From Myxococcales bacterium (GTDB lineage: Bacteria; Myxococcota_A; Polyangia; Polyangiales; Polyangiaceae), in the NCBI GenBank assembly GCA_043747615.1, contig JAYTOU010000044.1, positions 25,754-89,753 of the forward strand: DNA of 64,000 nt, in the 5' to 3' direction. Below the pieces are notes generated by a model. That model searched no databases. It had not been told where the DNA came from and was given only the letters and a program-made list of their open reading frames with translations. This document shows positions 1 through 9,239 of this stretch, piece by piece. Both the position numbers and the translations under genes were made by a program. Within the stretch, counting starts at the first letter, position 1; each line of letters starts with the position of its first letter.

Positions 1-158
1 TCTTGCGCATGTTGCTGCGGGAAGAGCATGCTGATCGTCTGGAGAGACGGGACCACGTGCATCACGGCGAGGGTCCCGTCCGTGCCAGCAAGCGCTGCGC
101 CCTGTCGCACCGCCTCATCCGCAGGTTTGCTCAGATCCGTCGCAACGAGTACGCGCAT
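1..158 (-). CDS. Universal stress protein (Usp), N-terminal part; runs off the left edge
   Basis: Not in the ORF track. Manual translation from ATG at 158 gives MRVLVATDLSKPADEAVRQGAALA...LAVMHVVP, the classic Usp beta1-alpha1-beta2 start. Confidence 0.8.
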   Translation of the reverse strand, partial: MRVLVATDLSKPADEAVRQGAALAGTDGTLAVMHVVPSLQTISMLFPQQHAQ

Positions 159-212
159 GCTCCTCGCATCGCACCCGTGTGCGGAGGTGTCAACGTGCAG
201 CCCATTATCGTC

Positions 213-247
213 GGACCATTGGCGACGCGCGATGTCGTTCGGACCCG
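213..247. promoter_or_regulatory. Degenerate copy of the paired enhancer motif (site E)
   Basis: GGACCATTGGCGACGC-gcg-ATGTCGTTCGGACCCG; same 16-3-16 geometry as sites A-D, left half weak. Confidence 0.4.
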
Positions 248-264
248 CACGACAACGCGCAGAT

Positions 265-280
265 CGGCACGATACGTGCT
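265..280 (+). promoter_or_regulatory. Sigma-54 (-24/-12) promoter
   Basis: CGGCACG-ATAC-GTGCT fits TGGCACG-N4-TTGC (GG-N10-GC); upstream of the Usp gene. Confidence 0.7.
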
Positions 281-388
281 CAGTCGGTGAGGAGGAGCCC
301 GGCAAGTTCGCCGGGAGAATTCGACATGACGAAGCCCGTGCCCCGCGAAATTGAAGGGCAAGAGAACGCCGTCCAAGGAGTGTTCCAC

Positions 389-844
389 ATGCCGCTCAGC
401 GCGGGCGACGCATTCCTGCGCATTCTCGTTGCCGTCGATGACTCGTCCCACGCGCTCGACGTCGTTGCAGCAGCCGTTGAGCTTGCCCGCTCCAGCGGGG
501 CGTCGATGCGACTTTTTCATGCGCTCTCGATCCCGCCCGAGTTTCCTCCCGCGGCACATGTCGCGGTGGACGATCCGCTCCCCCGATACCTCCACGATGA
601 AACGCTGCGCCGGCTCGAGGCACTCAAGGGCGCAGTCGGCAACGTGCCTTGCGACGTTCACGTCGAGGAGTCCGAAAGTCCGTGGCGCGCGATTCTCGCG
701 GCCGCGGATCAATTCGCTGCCGACCTCATCGTTCTTGGAAGCCACCGATACACGCTGCTCGATCGTGTCCTCGGCACGACCGCCGCGAAGGTCGTCGACC
801 ACGCGAAGCGCACTGTTTTCGTCGTGCACCCCCGGAGTATCTGA
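389..844 (+). CDS. Universal stress protein (Usp)
   Basis: RILVAVDDS, ADLIVLGSH and LGTTAAKVV motifs; AAGGAG SD before ATG 389 (alternative in-frame ATG at 326). Confidence 0.9.
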   Translation: MPLSAGDAFLRILVAVDDSSHALDVVAAAVELARSSGASMRLFHALSIPPEFPPAAHVAVDDPLPRYLHDETLRRLEALKGAVGNVPCDVHVEESESPWRAILAAADQFAADLIVLGSHRYTLLDRVLGTTAAKVVDHAKRTVFVVHPRSI

Positions 845-901
845 GCGCGAGAGCGACTCCGCGGCGAGTTGTGGTCCGGAGTCGGCTCTCGGCTTCGCTG
901 A

Positions 902-1108
902 TCAGTGGTGGTGCCGACTGCCTCCGCGGCGCCAACTCCACCTTTTGTGCTCCGTGGGAAGCTCGTCGCTCCCCGTCACCGTCCACACGAACTCCTCTGC
1001 GAGCTCTTCCGCGAGTGCGTCGTCGATCCACGAATGACCACCGGCCGGATCGGGCATGAATGCGTTCCCGTCGTCGCTTCGGTGGGTGTTTCCTAGATGA
1101 AATTTCAT
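902..1108 (-). CDS. Small acidic hypothetical protein (68 aa)
   Basis: GGAGG SD before ATG 1108 and its own sigma-54 promoter at 1150-1165; sequence SDDGNAFMPDP...DDALAEELAEEF. Confidence 0.6.
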   Translation of the reverse strand: MKFHLGNTHRSDDGNAFMPDPAGGHSWIDDALAEELAEEFVWTVTGSDELPTEHKRWSWRRGGSRHHH

Positions 1109-1149
1109 TGGAACCTCCGCGCGAGGGCCACTCGCGTGATCCACGGAAA

Positions 1150-1165
1150 AGCATCGTGCATGCCA
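1150..1165 (-). promoter_or_regulatory. Sigma-54 promoter
   Basis: Minus strand TGGCATG-CACG-ATGCT, about 40 bp upstream of ATG 1108. Confidence 0.7.
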
Positions 1166-1240
1166 AGGACTAACGACGTGCGTTGATGCCAATCTCGTAC
1201 GCGGGCGGAGTTTTCGCCTGCGAATCTCACCTGTCGATGG

Positions 1241-1275
1241 TGGGTCATTCCGACACGCCGTGTCCGTTGCACCCA
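1241..1275. promoter_or_regulatory. Paired enhancer motif (site A), putative NtrC-type activator binding site
   Basis: TGGGTCATTCCGACAC-gcc-GTGTCCGTTGCACCCA between two divergent sigma-54 promoters. Confidence 0.65.
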
Positions 1276-1316
1276 CCTCGAAGGGTCAAGGGGCTCATTT
1301 TTGCGATCGAGGCTCG

Positions 1317-1332
1317 TGGCATGCGAGGTGCT
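1317..1332 (+). promoter_or_regulatory. Sigma-54 promoter
   Basis: TGGCATG-CGAG-GTGCT upstream of the BON gene. Confidence 0.7.
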
Positions 1333-1351
1333 CCTCATGCGAGGTGCTCCT
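1320..1351 (+). repeat. 16-bp tandem duplication
   Basis: CATGCGAGGTGCTCCT x2, overlapping the promoter. Confidence 0.9.
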
Positions 1352-1392
1352 GCAGTTCCGAGCTCACGAAATCCATTCCACGAGAGTCCCTC

Positions 1393-2898
1393 ATGAACTT
1401 GGTCCAGTCTCAAAGGTCGCGCGTCGTCGCCTCCGTACTCGTTTTCGTCGCTGGTCTCGCGGTCGGGCCCGTCGCCTGCCACAAGGACACGAAGTCTGCA
1501 GAGCCCACACCGAGCACGGCACCTTCCGCGGAAACGAAGAAGGCACCGCTCGCCGATCGAGACATCGCCCAGGCCATCCGACGGTACATGAAGAAGGACA
1601 GCGTGTTGCGTTCGGAGCACGTGGAGGTCGTCGTCACGCAGGGAATCGCGAAGCTCACTGGTCTGGTGGCAAGCCTGCTCGCGAAAGAGCACGCGGTGCG
1701 TGTCGCCGAGACGATCAAGGGCGTGCGCGCGGTGGTCGACCAGGTGACGGTCGCGACCGTCGCGCGCACCGATACGCAACTCAAGAGCGACGTAACGAGC
1801 GCGCTCCAACGCGACATCGCCACGCGGCCGTTCGCGATCGGCGTCGCCGTGAAGGACGGCAACGTGACGCTCTCGGGAACCACCGACTCGTGGCAGCAAA
1901 GGAGCCTTTTTGCCGATGTGGCGAAGACGGTCAACGGAGTGAAGGCCCTCGAGAACTCGATCGGCGTTCATTACGCGGCCACGCGCTCCGAGTCGGAAAT
2001 TGCTACCGATGTAAAGCGACGCATCGCCAACGACGTGTGGCTCGACGGGAACGTTCTCGGGGTGACGGCCACGGGACACACCGTGCATCTGATGGGCGTC
2101 GTGGGAAGCGTCGGGCAAAAGTCCCGCGCTCACACAGACGCGTGGGTCGTCGGCGTGGAGGTGGTCGATGACGGCGGGATCGTCGTCGATTGGTCCCTGC
2201 GCAACGATCAAAGGCACATCACGGACTACCCGGTGCGGTCCGACGCTGAGATCACCCAAGCGGTGCGAGACGCGTTCCACCTCGACGCGCGACTCAACAC
2301 CCAGGAGCCGCAGGTCGCCGCTCACAACGGCGTGGTGCTCCTCTACGGCTCAGTAAGCGACGCAAGCGCCCGCCGTGCGGCCGAGGCCGACGCAAACGCC
2401 ACACTTGGCGTGTGGCACGTGCGTAACGAGGTCCTTTCGCAGCCGCTCGGAAAGGTAAGCGATGCGGACATCGAACGCGGGGTCAAACGTGTGCTCTCCG
2501 ACGATCCCTTTTTTGCCGACGGCAACGCGATCAAAGTCTCGAGCATCAAGGGAATGGTGACGCTGAAAGGCACCGTCTCCCCCGACTTCGCACGGTTCGA
2601 CGCGATCGAAGATGTTGCCGCCATTCCAGGCGTTGCCGAGATCGACGACGCTCTCGTCGTCAAGCTCCTACCATCGGAGATCAAGGCCAGCATCGAGGAC
2701 CGCCTCTCATGGGACCCGCTGGTCGATCGCGCGCTCGTCACCGTAGCCGTCGGAACGGACGGCGTCGCCACTCTGACCGGAACACTCGATGCATGGAGTG
2801 AGATCAAGGCGGCCGCGGATGATGCCCGGCGGGGAGGCGCAACGCGCGTCGTGAACACCCTCAAGCTCAAGAATCACCCGGAGTTCGTCGCGCAATGA
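1393..2898 (+). CDS. Multi-BON-domain (OsmY-like) lipoprotein, six BON repeats
   Basis: Signal peptide ending PVAC; six repeats of D/ExxIxxxV...V.V..G.V.L.G...A....GV..V.N. Confidence 0.88.
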   Translation: MNLVQSQRSRVVASVLVFVAGLAVGPVACHKDTKSAEPTPSTAPSAETKKAPLADRDIAQAIRRYMKKDSVLRSEHVEVVVTQGIAKLTGLVASLLAKEHAVRVAETIKGVRAVVDQVTVATVARTDTQLKSDVTSALQRDIATRPFAIGVAVKDGNVTLSGTTDSWQQRSLFADVAKTVNGVKALENSIGVHYAATRSESEIATDVKRRIANDVWLDGNVLGVTATGHTVHLMGVVGSVGQKSRAHTDAWVVGVEVVDDGGIVVDWSLRNDQRHITDYPVRSDAEITQAVRDAFHLDARLNTQEPQVAAHNGVVLLYGSVSDASARRAAEADANATLGVWHVRNEVLSQPLGKVSDADIERGVKRVLSDDPFFADGNAIKVSSIKGMVTLKGTVSPDFARFDAIEDVAAIPGVAEIDDALVVKLLPSEIKASIEDRLSWDPLVDRALVTVAVGTDGVATLTGTLDAWSEIKAAADDARRGGATRVVNTLKLKNHPEFVAQ

Positions 2899-2962
2899 CG
2901 ACCGCGAACGCGGGAAACGAAACGATAGGCCGCAACCACGCGCGCCGAGAAAGGATCGAGTC

Positions 2963-3496
2963 ATGACCACGATGCAGGACCATTCCACGGTCGCAATCTA
3001 CCCCTCACACCTCCAAGCAGAGAGTGCGATCAAGGCGCTGCAGGCCACCGGCTTCGACATGAGGAAGCTATCGATCGTCGGTACTCATTTTCAGACCCAG
3101 GAGCACGCGATTGGCTTCTACAACACGGGCGATCGCATGCAGTTCTGGGGCGCGAACGGCGCCTTCTGGGGCGGTCTGTGGGGATCGCTCTTCGGGAGCG
3201 CGCTCTTCTTCATTCCCATCGTCGGACCGCTTTTCGTCCTCGGCCCGCTCGTCGGTTGGATCGCTGGCGCCCTCGAGGGAGCCGCGATTGGCGGCTCGGT
3301 CGGTATCCTCGGTGCGGCGCTCGTGGGCGCCGGCGTGCCCGAGAACAGCGTCGTCTCCTACGAGACGGAAGTAAAAGCTGGCAGTTTTCTCGTTCTTGCG
3401 CACGGCACCGCCGACGAGATCGAGCGTGCCCGCTCGATCCTCCGCAACGGAGCAAGCCGCGTCGACGCGCACCCCCCGGCGGCGAGGCCTTCGTGA
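2963..3496 (+). CDS. General stress protein (YflT/DUF1269-like) membrane protein
   Basis: VAIYPSHLQAESAIKAL...GFDMRKLSIVG, Gly-rich hydrophobic core, YETEVKAGSFLV. Confidence 0.8.
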   Translation: MTTMQDHSTVAIYPSHLQAESAIKALQATGFDMRKLSIVGTHFQTQEHAIGFYNTGDRMQFWGANGAFWGGLWGSLFGSALFFIPIVGPLFVLGPLVGWIAGALEGAAIGGSVGILGAALVGAGVPENSVVSYETEVKAGSFLVLAHGTADEIERARSILRNGASRVDAHPPAARPS

Positions 3497-3645
3497 AAAA
3501 CGACGCGCCCAAAGCCAAGGCGACGGATCCCACGATTGCCGAAGCGCGGTGGACCGGGCCGCGCTTGTTCGTGCTCGGGGTGGTCACTCTTGCGAGCGCA
3601 CTGACGATCATCGACATCATCAGCGGCAGCACGACCCCGCACTAA
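3493..3645 (+). CDS. Putative small single-TM protein (50 aa)
   Basis: GTG start overlaps the upstream TGA (GTGA coupling); hydrophobic LFVLGVVTLASALTIIDII. Confidence 0.45.
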   Translation: MKNDAPKAKATDPTIAEARWTGPRLFVLGVVTLASALTIIDIISGSTTPH

Positions 3646-3660
3646 AAGCGCTCCGACGCG

Positions 3661-5064
3661 CTACGCTTTGCGTTCGTCCGGCGACTCGGGCGGGGCCGAC
3701 GTGCTCGGATCAGCGGCGTAGCGTTCGAGCTTGCGATAGAGCGTTTTTCTCTCGAGGCCGAGCACGCGTGCGGCGGCTGTCTTGTTCCCGGCGACGGCCT
3801 CGAGCACGCGCAGGATGTACCGTCGCTCGACCTCTTCGAGCGGGACAAGTTCCGTCGGATCGTTGCTCGCCAGCACGACGTGCGAGAACCGATAGTCCCG
3901 GATCTTCTCGGGCAAATCGTCGACGCAAATGTCCTCGAAGCGGGCGAGGGCGATCGCGCGTTCCATGCTGTTTTGAAGCTCGCGGACGTTGCCAGGCCAC
4001 GCGTAAGCGGCAAGCTTCTCGGCGACCTCCTTCGAAAATCCCTTCACGTTCTTGCCCGACTCCTCCGCAAAACGGCGGACGAAGTGGAGAGCGAGGGGAA
4101 GCGCGTCACCGCCGCGCGCACGGAGCGGCGGAAGAGAAATGTGGATCACATTGATGCGGTAGTAGAGGTCTTCGCGAAAACGCTTCTCCTCGATCGCGGA
4201 CTCGAGATCACGGTTGCTGGCGGCGACGATCCGAACGTCGACGGGCACCTCGGCCTTCGCGCCGAGCGGGCGAACCGTGCGCTCTTGGAGCACCCGCAGA
4301 AGCTTCGGTTGCAGGCCGATCGGCATGTCGCCGATCTCGTCGAGGAAGAGTGTTCCTCCCTTCGCCTGCACGAAGAGTCCCTGGTGGGCGTCTTTGGCAT
4401 CCGTGAACGCACCCCTCACATGGCCAAAGAGCTCGCTCTCGAGAAGGGTCTCGGGGACGGCGGCGCAGTTGATGGCGACGAACGGCCCGGTGCTCCGGCG
4501 ACTGTTCTTGTGGATCGCGCGCGCCACGAGCTCTTTCCCCGTGCCGCTCTCGCCGCTCACGAGAACGCTCGCCTCGGACTGGGCCACGCGCCCGATGAGA
4601 TCTTGCACGCGCTGCATGGCAGGACTGTTCCCGAGGAGCTCGTCCGAGCGTGGCTGTCGCTCGACTTCAAGACGCAGCCGTTTCACTTCAGCGCGCAGCT
4701 GGCGGTGCTTGGCCGCGCGGTCGACGCTGATGGCAAGCGCATCGATCTCCACCGGTTTGCTGATGAAATCGTACGCGCCTGCGCGGATCGCCGAGACCGC
4801 GGCATCGAGGCTCCCGAACCCGGTGAGCACGACGACGGGGACATCGGGTCGATTGACGGCGACCCGCTCACAGAGCTCGAGACCGCTCATCTCGCGCATG
4901 TGCAGGTCGGTGACGACTACATCGAAGTCCCCTTCCTCGAGTGCGCGAAGAGCTTCTTTCGCCGACGTATGCCACGTGACGTGACAACCGCGCTTCTTCA
5001 GCCCGATGGCCAGTGTTTCGCACAAACTTTGATCGTCATCGACGAGGAGAAGCTCAACGGTCAC
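3661..5064 (-). CDS. Sigma-54-dependent response regulator (NtrC/AtoC family)
   Basis: Receiver (LLVDDD, TDLHM), AAA+ GESGTGKE and GAFTDA, WPGNVREL, C-terminal Fis HTH. Confidence 0.97.
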   Translation of the reverse strand: MTVELLLVDDDQSLCETLAIGLKKRGCHVTWHTSAKEALRALEEGDFDVVVTDLHMREMSGLELCERVAVNRPDVPVVVLTGFGSLDAAVSAIRAGAYDFISKPVEIDALAISVDRAAKHRQLRAEVKRLRLEVERQPRSDELLGNSPAMQRVQDLIGRVAQSEASVLVSGESGTGKELVARAIHKNSRRSTGPFVAINCAAVPETLLESELFGHVRGAFTDAKDAHQGLFVQAKGGTLFLDEIGDMPIGLQPKLLRVLQERTVRPLGAKAEVPVDVRIVAASNRDLESAIEEKRFREDLYYRINVIHISLPPLRARGGDALPLALHFVRRFAEESGKNVKGFSKEVAEKLAAYAWPGNVRELQNSMERAIALARFEDICVDDLPEKIRDYRFSHVVLASNDPTELVPLEEVERRYILRVLEAVAGNKTAAARVLGLERKTLYRKLERYAADPSTSAPPESPDERKA

Positions 5065-6506
5065 GTGGGCGTCCCGACCGGCAGGTAAATCGAGAACACG
5101 GTCCCTTCTTTAGCCTCGCTGCGCACATCAATCCAGCCTCCATGGTCCCTGACGATCCCGTGCGTCACGGAGAGCCCCAGGCCGGTCCCTTCGCCGACGT
5201 CCTTGGTCGTGAAGAACGGCTCGAAGATGTGCGGAAGATCGCCTGGCGCGATTCCGGTGCCTTGATCGTGAACGCGCACGCAGAGGTGCGGCGCCGGCTG
5301 CGTGGTGCCAGGAGCTGGGATCGATTCGCGCTCGATGGCCACGTCGACCACGCCCCCGCTCGGCATCGCGTGGATCGCGTTGACGACGAGGTTGGTCATG
5401 GCCTGCTGGATCTCGGCGCCATCGACGATGGCCGTCGTCTCCGGCGCTTCACAACGTAGCTCGAGCCGAACCTCGCGCTTTTCTGCGAGCGGGCGGAGCA
5501 GCTCCAGCACCTCACTCGCGAGGCGTTGCAAGTCGCGCGGCGCTTTGTCCGCCGATTTACGCCGGGCAAAGGCCAGAAGTTGACGGATGACCTTCGCCAT
5601 TCGGTGGGACGCTTCACCGATGATGCGCCCGTAGTCACGCGACTCCGTGAGGCTGGCATCCCCCGACGAGATCATTTCCGCGCGCGCCGAGATCACGTTC
5701 AGCGGCGTGCCGAGTTCGTGAGCGATGCCGGACGCGAGCTTGCCCACGGTCATGAGTCGGTCCGCGTGGCGCAGCTGCTCGAGGGTCGCGATCCGGGCGG
5801 AGGTCTCTTGCTCGATCCGCTTGTGCGCTTCGACGAGGCGTTCGCACATCGCGTTCATCTCGAGGGCGAGCTGCCCGAGCTCGTCCGTCTGCGGAAGATC
5901 GAGCGGGGTCGAAAAGTCACCCGACCCGATGCGCTGAGCCTTTGCGGAAAGGGCTTTGACGGGTCGACCAACGAACCAGAATCCGAGAATGATCGAGAGC
6001 GCCCCGCTCACAAGAGCAAGGGTCAGCGTCGTTCCGATGGTGTCGACAACGATGCCATGGACAGCCCGCTCCTCCGCTTCGAGCGGTTCGGCGAGCTCGA
6101 TCGTGCCTGCGTGAACGCCCGCGACGGACACCGGGACGTACGTCAAGCGCTCCGCGCCGGCAGCCGTGCTCGCGATCCGAGTGAGCGCCTCGCCCGGGGC
6201 GAGATCGCGGAGCGCGGCAGCGTTTACGGCGCCTTTGCCGGTGTCAGGCCCGTCCAGCCATCGAACGTGAGCCCTTCCGCCGCGGGCGTTCACCCCCTCG
6301 ACGATTGCGAGCGCTTCGCCGCGGCCACCCGTCCGCCAGAGCGCAGAGACCGCGGCACCGAGCGAGCGCCCAAGCAGCGCTTGATCGTGAACACGGTCCG
6401 CGTGCAGGACGGCGACTTCGCGCTGCACTCGTAGGTACCCGTTGGCGACCAGCACCGCGAAGGTGCCCGCGATGAGCGCGGCCGTGAGCTTGGGAACGAG
6501 CTTCAT
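5061..6506 (-). CDS. HAMP-domain sensor histidine kinase
   Basis: Two TMs, HAMP, H-box AHELGTPLN, NLVVNA, DQGTG, GTGLGL. Confidence 0.96.
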   Translation of the reverse strand: MKLVPKLTAALIAGTFAVLVANGYLRVQREVAVLHADRVHDQALLGRSLGAAVSALWRTGGRGEALAIVEGVNARGGRAHVRWLDGPDTGKGAVNAAALRDLAPGEALTRIASTAAGAERLTYVPVSVAGVHAGTIELAEPLEAEERAVHGIVVDTIGTTLTLALVSGALSIILGFWFVGRPVKALSAKAQRIGSGDFSTPLDLPQTDELGQLALEMNAMCERLVEAHKRIEQETSARIATLEQLRHADRLMTVGKLASGIAHELGTPLNVISARAEMISSGDASLTESRDYGRIIGEASHRMAKVIRQLLAFARRKSADKAPRDLQRLASEVLELLRPLAEKREVRLELRCEAPETTAIVDGAEIQQAMTNLVVNAIHAMPSGGVVDVAIERESIPAPGTTQPAPHLCVRVHDQGTGIAPGDLPHIFEPFFTTKDVGEGTGLGLSVTHGIVRDHGGWIDVRSEAKEGTVFSIYLPVGTPT

Positions 6507-6574
6507 GCCCGACTCTTATGCGAGATCGGTGCTCGGCGCGAACGCTCGATTCGCCGAACGGAGAGGGTGCCGAG

Positions 6575-6609
6575 CGAGTCGAATGGGAACAGCGTGTCGA
6601 ATCGACCCA
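6575..6609. promoter_or_regulatory. Paired enhancer motif (site B)
   Basis: CGAGTCGAATGGGAAC-agc-GTGTCGAATCGACCCA, 55 bp upstream of the promoter at 6664. Confidence 0.6.
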
Positions 6610-6663
6610 GTCTTAGCGCCCATACACTCGCGAGTCGTTGGCGCAGAGCACGCCCAGCGCGGC

Positions 6664-6679
6664 TGGCACGCCGGATGCT
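6664..6679 (+). promoter_or_regulatory. Sigma-54 promoter
   Basis: TGGCACG-CCGG-ATGCT. Confidence 0.75.
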
Positions 6680-6691
6680 CCTCTTGGCACC

Positions 6692-7135
6692 ATGACTACC
6701 CCGAACCCGCCATCGACGTCGCCGAGATCGAGCCGTCGTCCGCCCCGGATCTTGGTCGCGGAGGACGATCTCGAGATGCGACGGCTCGTCATCGATGCGC
6801 TTCGCCGCGACGGCTACGAAGTCGTCGATGTGAGCGACGGCGGACAGTTGCTACTTCGGATCACCGACATCTTCAGGCTGCGCCCGTCACCGGACCCGAT
6901 TGATCTCATTCTCACCGACGTTCAGATGCCGACCTGCAACGGCTTCGACATCATCGAAGGATTGCGCGACGCGCACTGGACGACGCCGGTGATCATCATG
7001 ACGGCGTTCGGTGACGACGCCGCCCGCGCCCGCGCAAAGAGCTTGAACGCAGTTCTCTTGGACAAGCCGTTCGCGATGGCCGCGCTACGCGCCGAGGTCC
7101 GAGAGCTTCTCGACGCGACCAAAACGGCCGCGTGA
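6692..7135 (+). CDS. Single-domain response regulator (CheY-like receiver)
   Basis: ILVAEDD, LILTDVQMP, IIMTAF, DKPF. Confidence 0.92.
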   Translation: MTTPNPPSTSPRSSRRPPRILVAEDDLEMRRLVIDALRRDGYEVVDVSDGGQLLLRITDIFRLRPSPDPIDLILTDVQMPTCNGFDIIEGLRDAHWTTPVIIMTAFGDDAARARAKSLNAVLLDKPFAMAALRAEVRELLDATKTAA

Positions 7136-7187
7136 GCAACCCACCGTGGACGACCTAACGCACTGACCAAAAAAAGGGGCCCACGAT

Positions 7188-7640
7188 ATGGAACCAATCA
7201 GCACACCAGCTTCGGGCTCACTCAGGGCGATCCCCGGTCCGCGCCCGCGGGCGCCACACGGCCCGCCGCGCATCATCCTCGCCGAGGACGATCCCGACAT
7301 GCGAAGCGTCCTCGCGGAGGTCCTTCGTAAGGATGGCTACCTCGTTCAAGAGGCCGAGGACGGTGGGCGTCTGCTCGTGCGAGTGACCGCACGCTACCTC
7401 CATCCGGAGGTCGACGTGGACCTCATCATTTCTGACATTCGGATGCCGGTCTGCACGGGACTGCAGATCCTCTCCGGCCTACGGGATACGCACTGGAGGG
7501 TGCCGGTGATCCTCATGACTGCGTTCGGCGACGATCAGACTCGCGCGCACGCCGAGCTGCTTGGCGCCGTTCTCTTCGACAAGCCATTTCCGATCGACGA
7601 TTTGCGGACCGCGGTCCGCAATCTCGTGCCTCTTTCATAG
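7188..7640 (+). CDS. Single-domain response regulator, paralogue of the upstream gene
   Basis: IILAEDD, LIISDIRMP, ILMTAF, DKPF. Confidence 0.92.
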   Translation: MEPISTPASGSLRAIPGPRPRAPHGPPRIILAEDDPDMRSVLAEVLRKDGYLVQEAEDGGRLLVRVTARYLHPEVDVDLIISDIRMPVCTGLQILSGLRDTHWRVPVILMTAFGDDQTRAHAELLGAVLFDKPFPIDDLRTAVRNLVPLS

Positions 7641-7641
7641 C

Positions 7642-7676
7642 CGAGTCATTTGGACACGGTGTTTCGATTCGACCCA
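7642..7676. promoter_or_regulatory. Paired enhancer motif (site C)
   Basis: CGAGTCATTTGGACAC-ggt-GTTTCGATTCGACCCA, 54 bp upstream of the promoter at 7730. Confidence 0.65.
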
Positions 7677-7729
7677 ATGCGCCTGGATTTTCCGGCGCGA
7701 TCTCTCCGCGCCCCATCGTTCTCGGCGCG

Positions 7730-7745
7730 TGGCACGCGACCTGCT
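7730..7745 (+). promoter_or_regulatory. Sigma-54 promoter
   Basis: TGGCACG-CGAC-CTGCT upstream of the OmpA gene, which has a GGAGG SD. Confidence 0.75.
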
Positions 7746-7775
7746 TAGGCAGGTCATCACATCACTGGAGGTCAC

Positions 7776-8312
7776 ATGAATACCCGATCGCTCGTCGTTT
7801 CTTTTCTGTTGGTAGGCGGCTCGTCTCTCGCGGCAGTAGGCTGCGCGGCGAACAAAGTTGCGGTTCGTCCAACCGAGCCCGCCACCGTGCAAACCACGGC
7901 GGCCGCGACCCCTCCGCCCAAGGTCACTGGGAACGTCGGCGTTTCCGACGACCTCGCGCGCGCGTGCAAGCTCGATTTCACCCAAATCGATCGCGCACCG
8001 AAGTTCGATTTTGATCAGAGCGATCTGTCTTCCGCCGATCGCGCCGTGCTTCAGCAGGTCGCGGCCTGCCTCACCACCGGCCCCATGAAAGGACGCGGCC
8101 TTCGCCTCGTTGGTCGCGCGGATCGCCGCGGTGAGGTCGAGTACAACATGGCGCTCGGCGAGCATCGGGCGGGCGGCACGCGGGCATACCTCGCGGAGCT
8201 AGGGGTAGCCGGCGCAAAGATGATCGAGACCTCCCGCGGCAAGCTCGATGCAACGGGAACAAGCGAGGAGGGGATGCGCCGCGATCGACGGGTCGACCTT
8301 TCGTTACAGTGA
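7776..8312 (+). CDS. OmpA/Pal-family peptidoglycan-binding lipoprotein
   Basis: Lipobox AVGC; FDFDQSDL, GRADRRGEVEYNMALGEHRA, RDRRVD. Confidence 0.92.
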   Translation: MNTRSLVVSFLLVGGSSLAAVGCAANKVAVRPTEPATVQTTAAATPPPKVTGNVGVSDDLARACKLDFTQIDRAPKFDFDQSDLSSADRAVLQQVAACLTTGPMKGRGLRLVGRADRRGEVEYNMALGEHRAGGTRAYLAELGVAGAKMIETSRGKLDATGTSEEGMRRDRRVDLSLQ

Positions 8313-8647
8313 CGAAGCGCACAAGCCTTGGGGCCGGGCTCGCCGCGGGGCTTCTGATGTTTGCGGCCCTGGTCGGGGCGTGTGGTTCCAGTGAGCCGCT
8401 CAGGGCCCCGAAGAGCGACGCGCTATTCGACGACCCCGATCAGCCTCCGGGAGCGGGTACGATCGGCGCGGTGGGCGCGGGTAGTGGAAAGGATGCCTCC
8501 AGCGATGCCGCACGGTCGTGCAATATCGATCACGATTGTCCGACCGGTCAGCGCTGCTTCTTTCCGACCTGCGCGCCCTCAGGTTTCGCAACGGCGCCGG
8601 TCAGTCCGACATGCCTAGACGCGAGCGCTGACTCCTCGACCGAGTGA
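8309..8647 (+). CDS. Small Cys-rich lipoprotein
   Basis: Coupled GTGA start; lipobox VGAC; CNIDHDCPTGQRC motif. Confidence 0.65.
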   Translation: MTKRTSLGAGLAAGLLMFAALVGACGSSEPLRAPKSDALFDDPDQPPGAGTIGAVGAGSGKDASSDAARSCNIDHDCPTGQRCFFPTCAPSGFATAPVSPTCLDASADSSTE

Positions 8648-8689
8648 CCGGGGACGAAGCGAGGGACGGACCCGATGTCAGCACGACAG

Positions 8690-9169
8690 TCAGTCGAACA
8701 TCGCGACCTGACGCCGCGCCTCGTCGAATCCCGCCTGGATCGCTGCGTACTGCTCTTGGACCAAGGCGCGCACGTCCTTGGGCAACGTGCCTAGCGGCTC
8801 TCGGACGATCGCTGCCTCATATGCCTTGAGCGCCGCCTGCTCACCGCGCGCCCACTCCTCGACGATCACGCGATCGTTTCGCCCTCCAAGCGCGAGTCGC
8901 ACGTCCATCCATCCGCGGTCGGCAGTCCCCCTGGCCCTCCCTTCGTTCTCGGCGAACGCGCCGAGCTTCTGGATCGCGGACTGAAGCGCGAGGACGAAGC
9001 CCGCTCGCTCTTTCGACTTCTGGTGAAGGATCGCTTTGAGAGAGGGTTGGCGTACGTCGGCCGCCGCCGCGGCGTATCCCTTTTCTCTATCCATGCAGAC
9101 CTCGATGCATGTGTTGAGAACGAAAACTACGTGTCCGGACTCCGCTTGCTGGATCGTCAGGCTTGACAT
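8690..9169 (-). CDS. PA2169/DUF2383 ferritin-like four-helix-bundle protein
   Basis: LNTCIEVCMDREKGY..AA, RGWMDVR, RGEQAALKAYE; AGGAG SD. Confidence 0.85.
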   Translation of the reverse strand: MSSLTIQQAESGHVVFVLNTCIEVCMDREKGYAAAAADVRQPSLKAILHQKSKERAGFVLALQSAIQKLGAFAENEGRARGTADRGWMDVRLALGGRNDRVIVEEWARGEQAALKAYEAAIVREPLGTLPKDVRALVQEQYAAIQAGFDEARRQVAMFD

Positions 9170-9182
9170 GGGTTTCTCCTAT

Positions 9183-9198
9183 TGCAGCCAAGATGCCA
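9183..9198 (-). promoter_or_regulatory. Sigma-54 promoter
   Basis: Minus strand TGGCATC-TTGG-CTGCA. Confidence 0.65.
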
Positions 9199-9212
9199 AC
9201 GATGCGTGTCTT

Positions 9213-9228
9213 GGGCACGAACCTCGCA
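9213..9228 (+). promoter_or_regulatory. Sigma-54 promoter
   Basis: GGGCACG-AACC-TCGCA, back-to-back with the previous promoter. Confidence 0.65.
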
Positions 9229-9239
9229 GTTGAGCGATC

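Noticed and set aside
6519..6534. Possible sigma-54 promoter for the kinase operon (minus strand GAGCACC-GATC-TCGCA), 41 bp from enhancer B
   Set aside because: The near-invariant -24 GG reads AG; suggestive spacing only.
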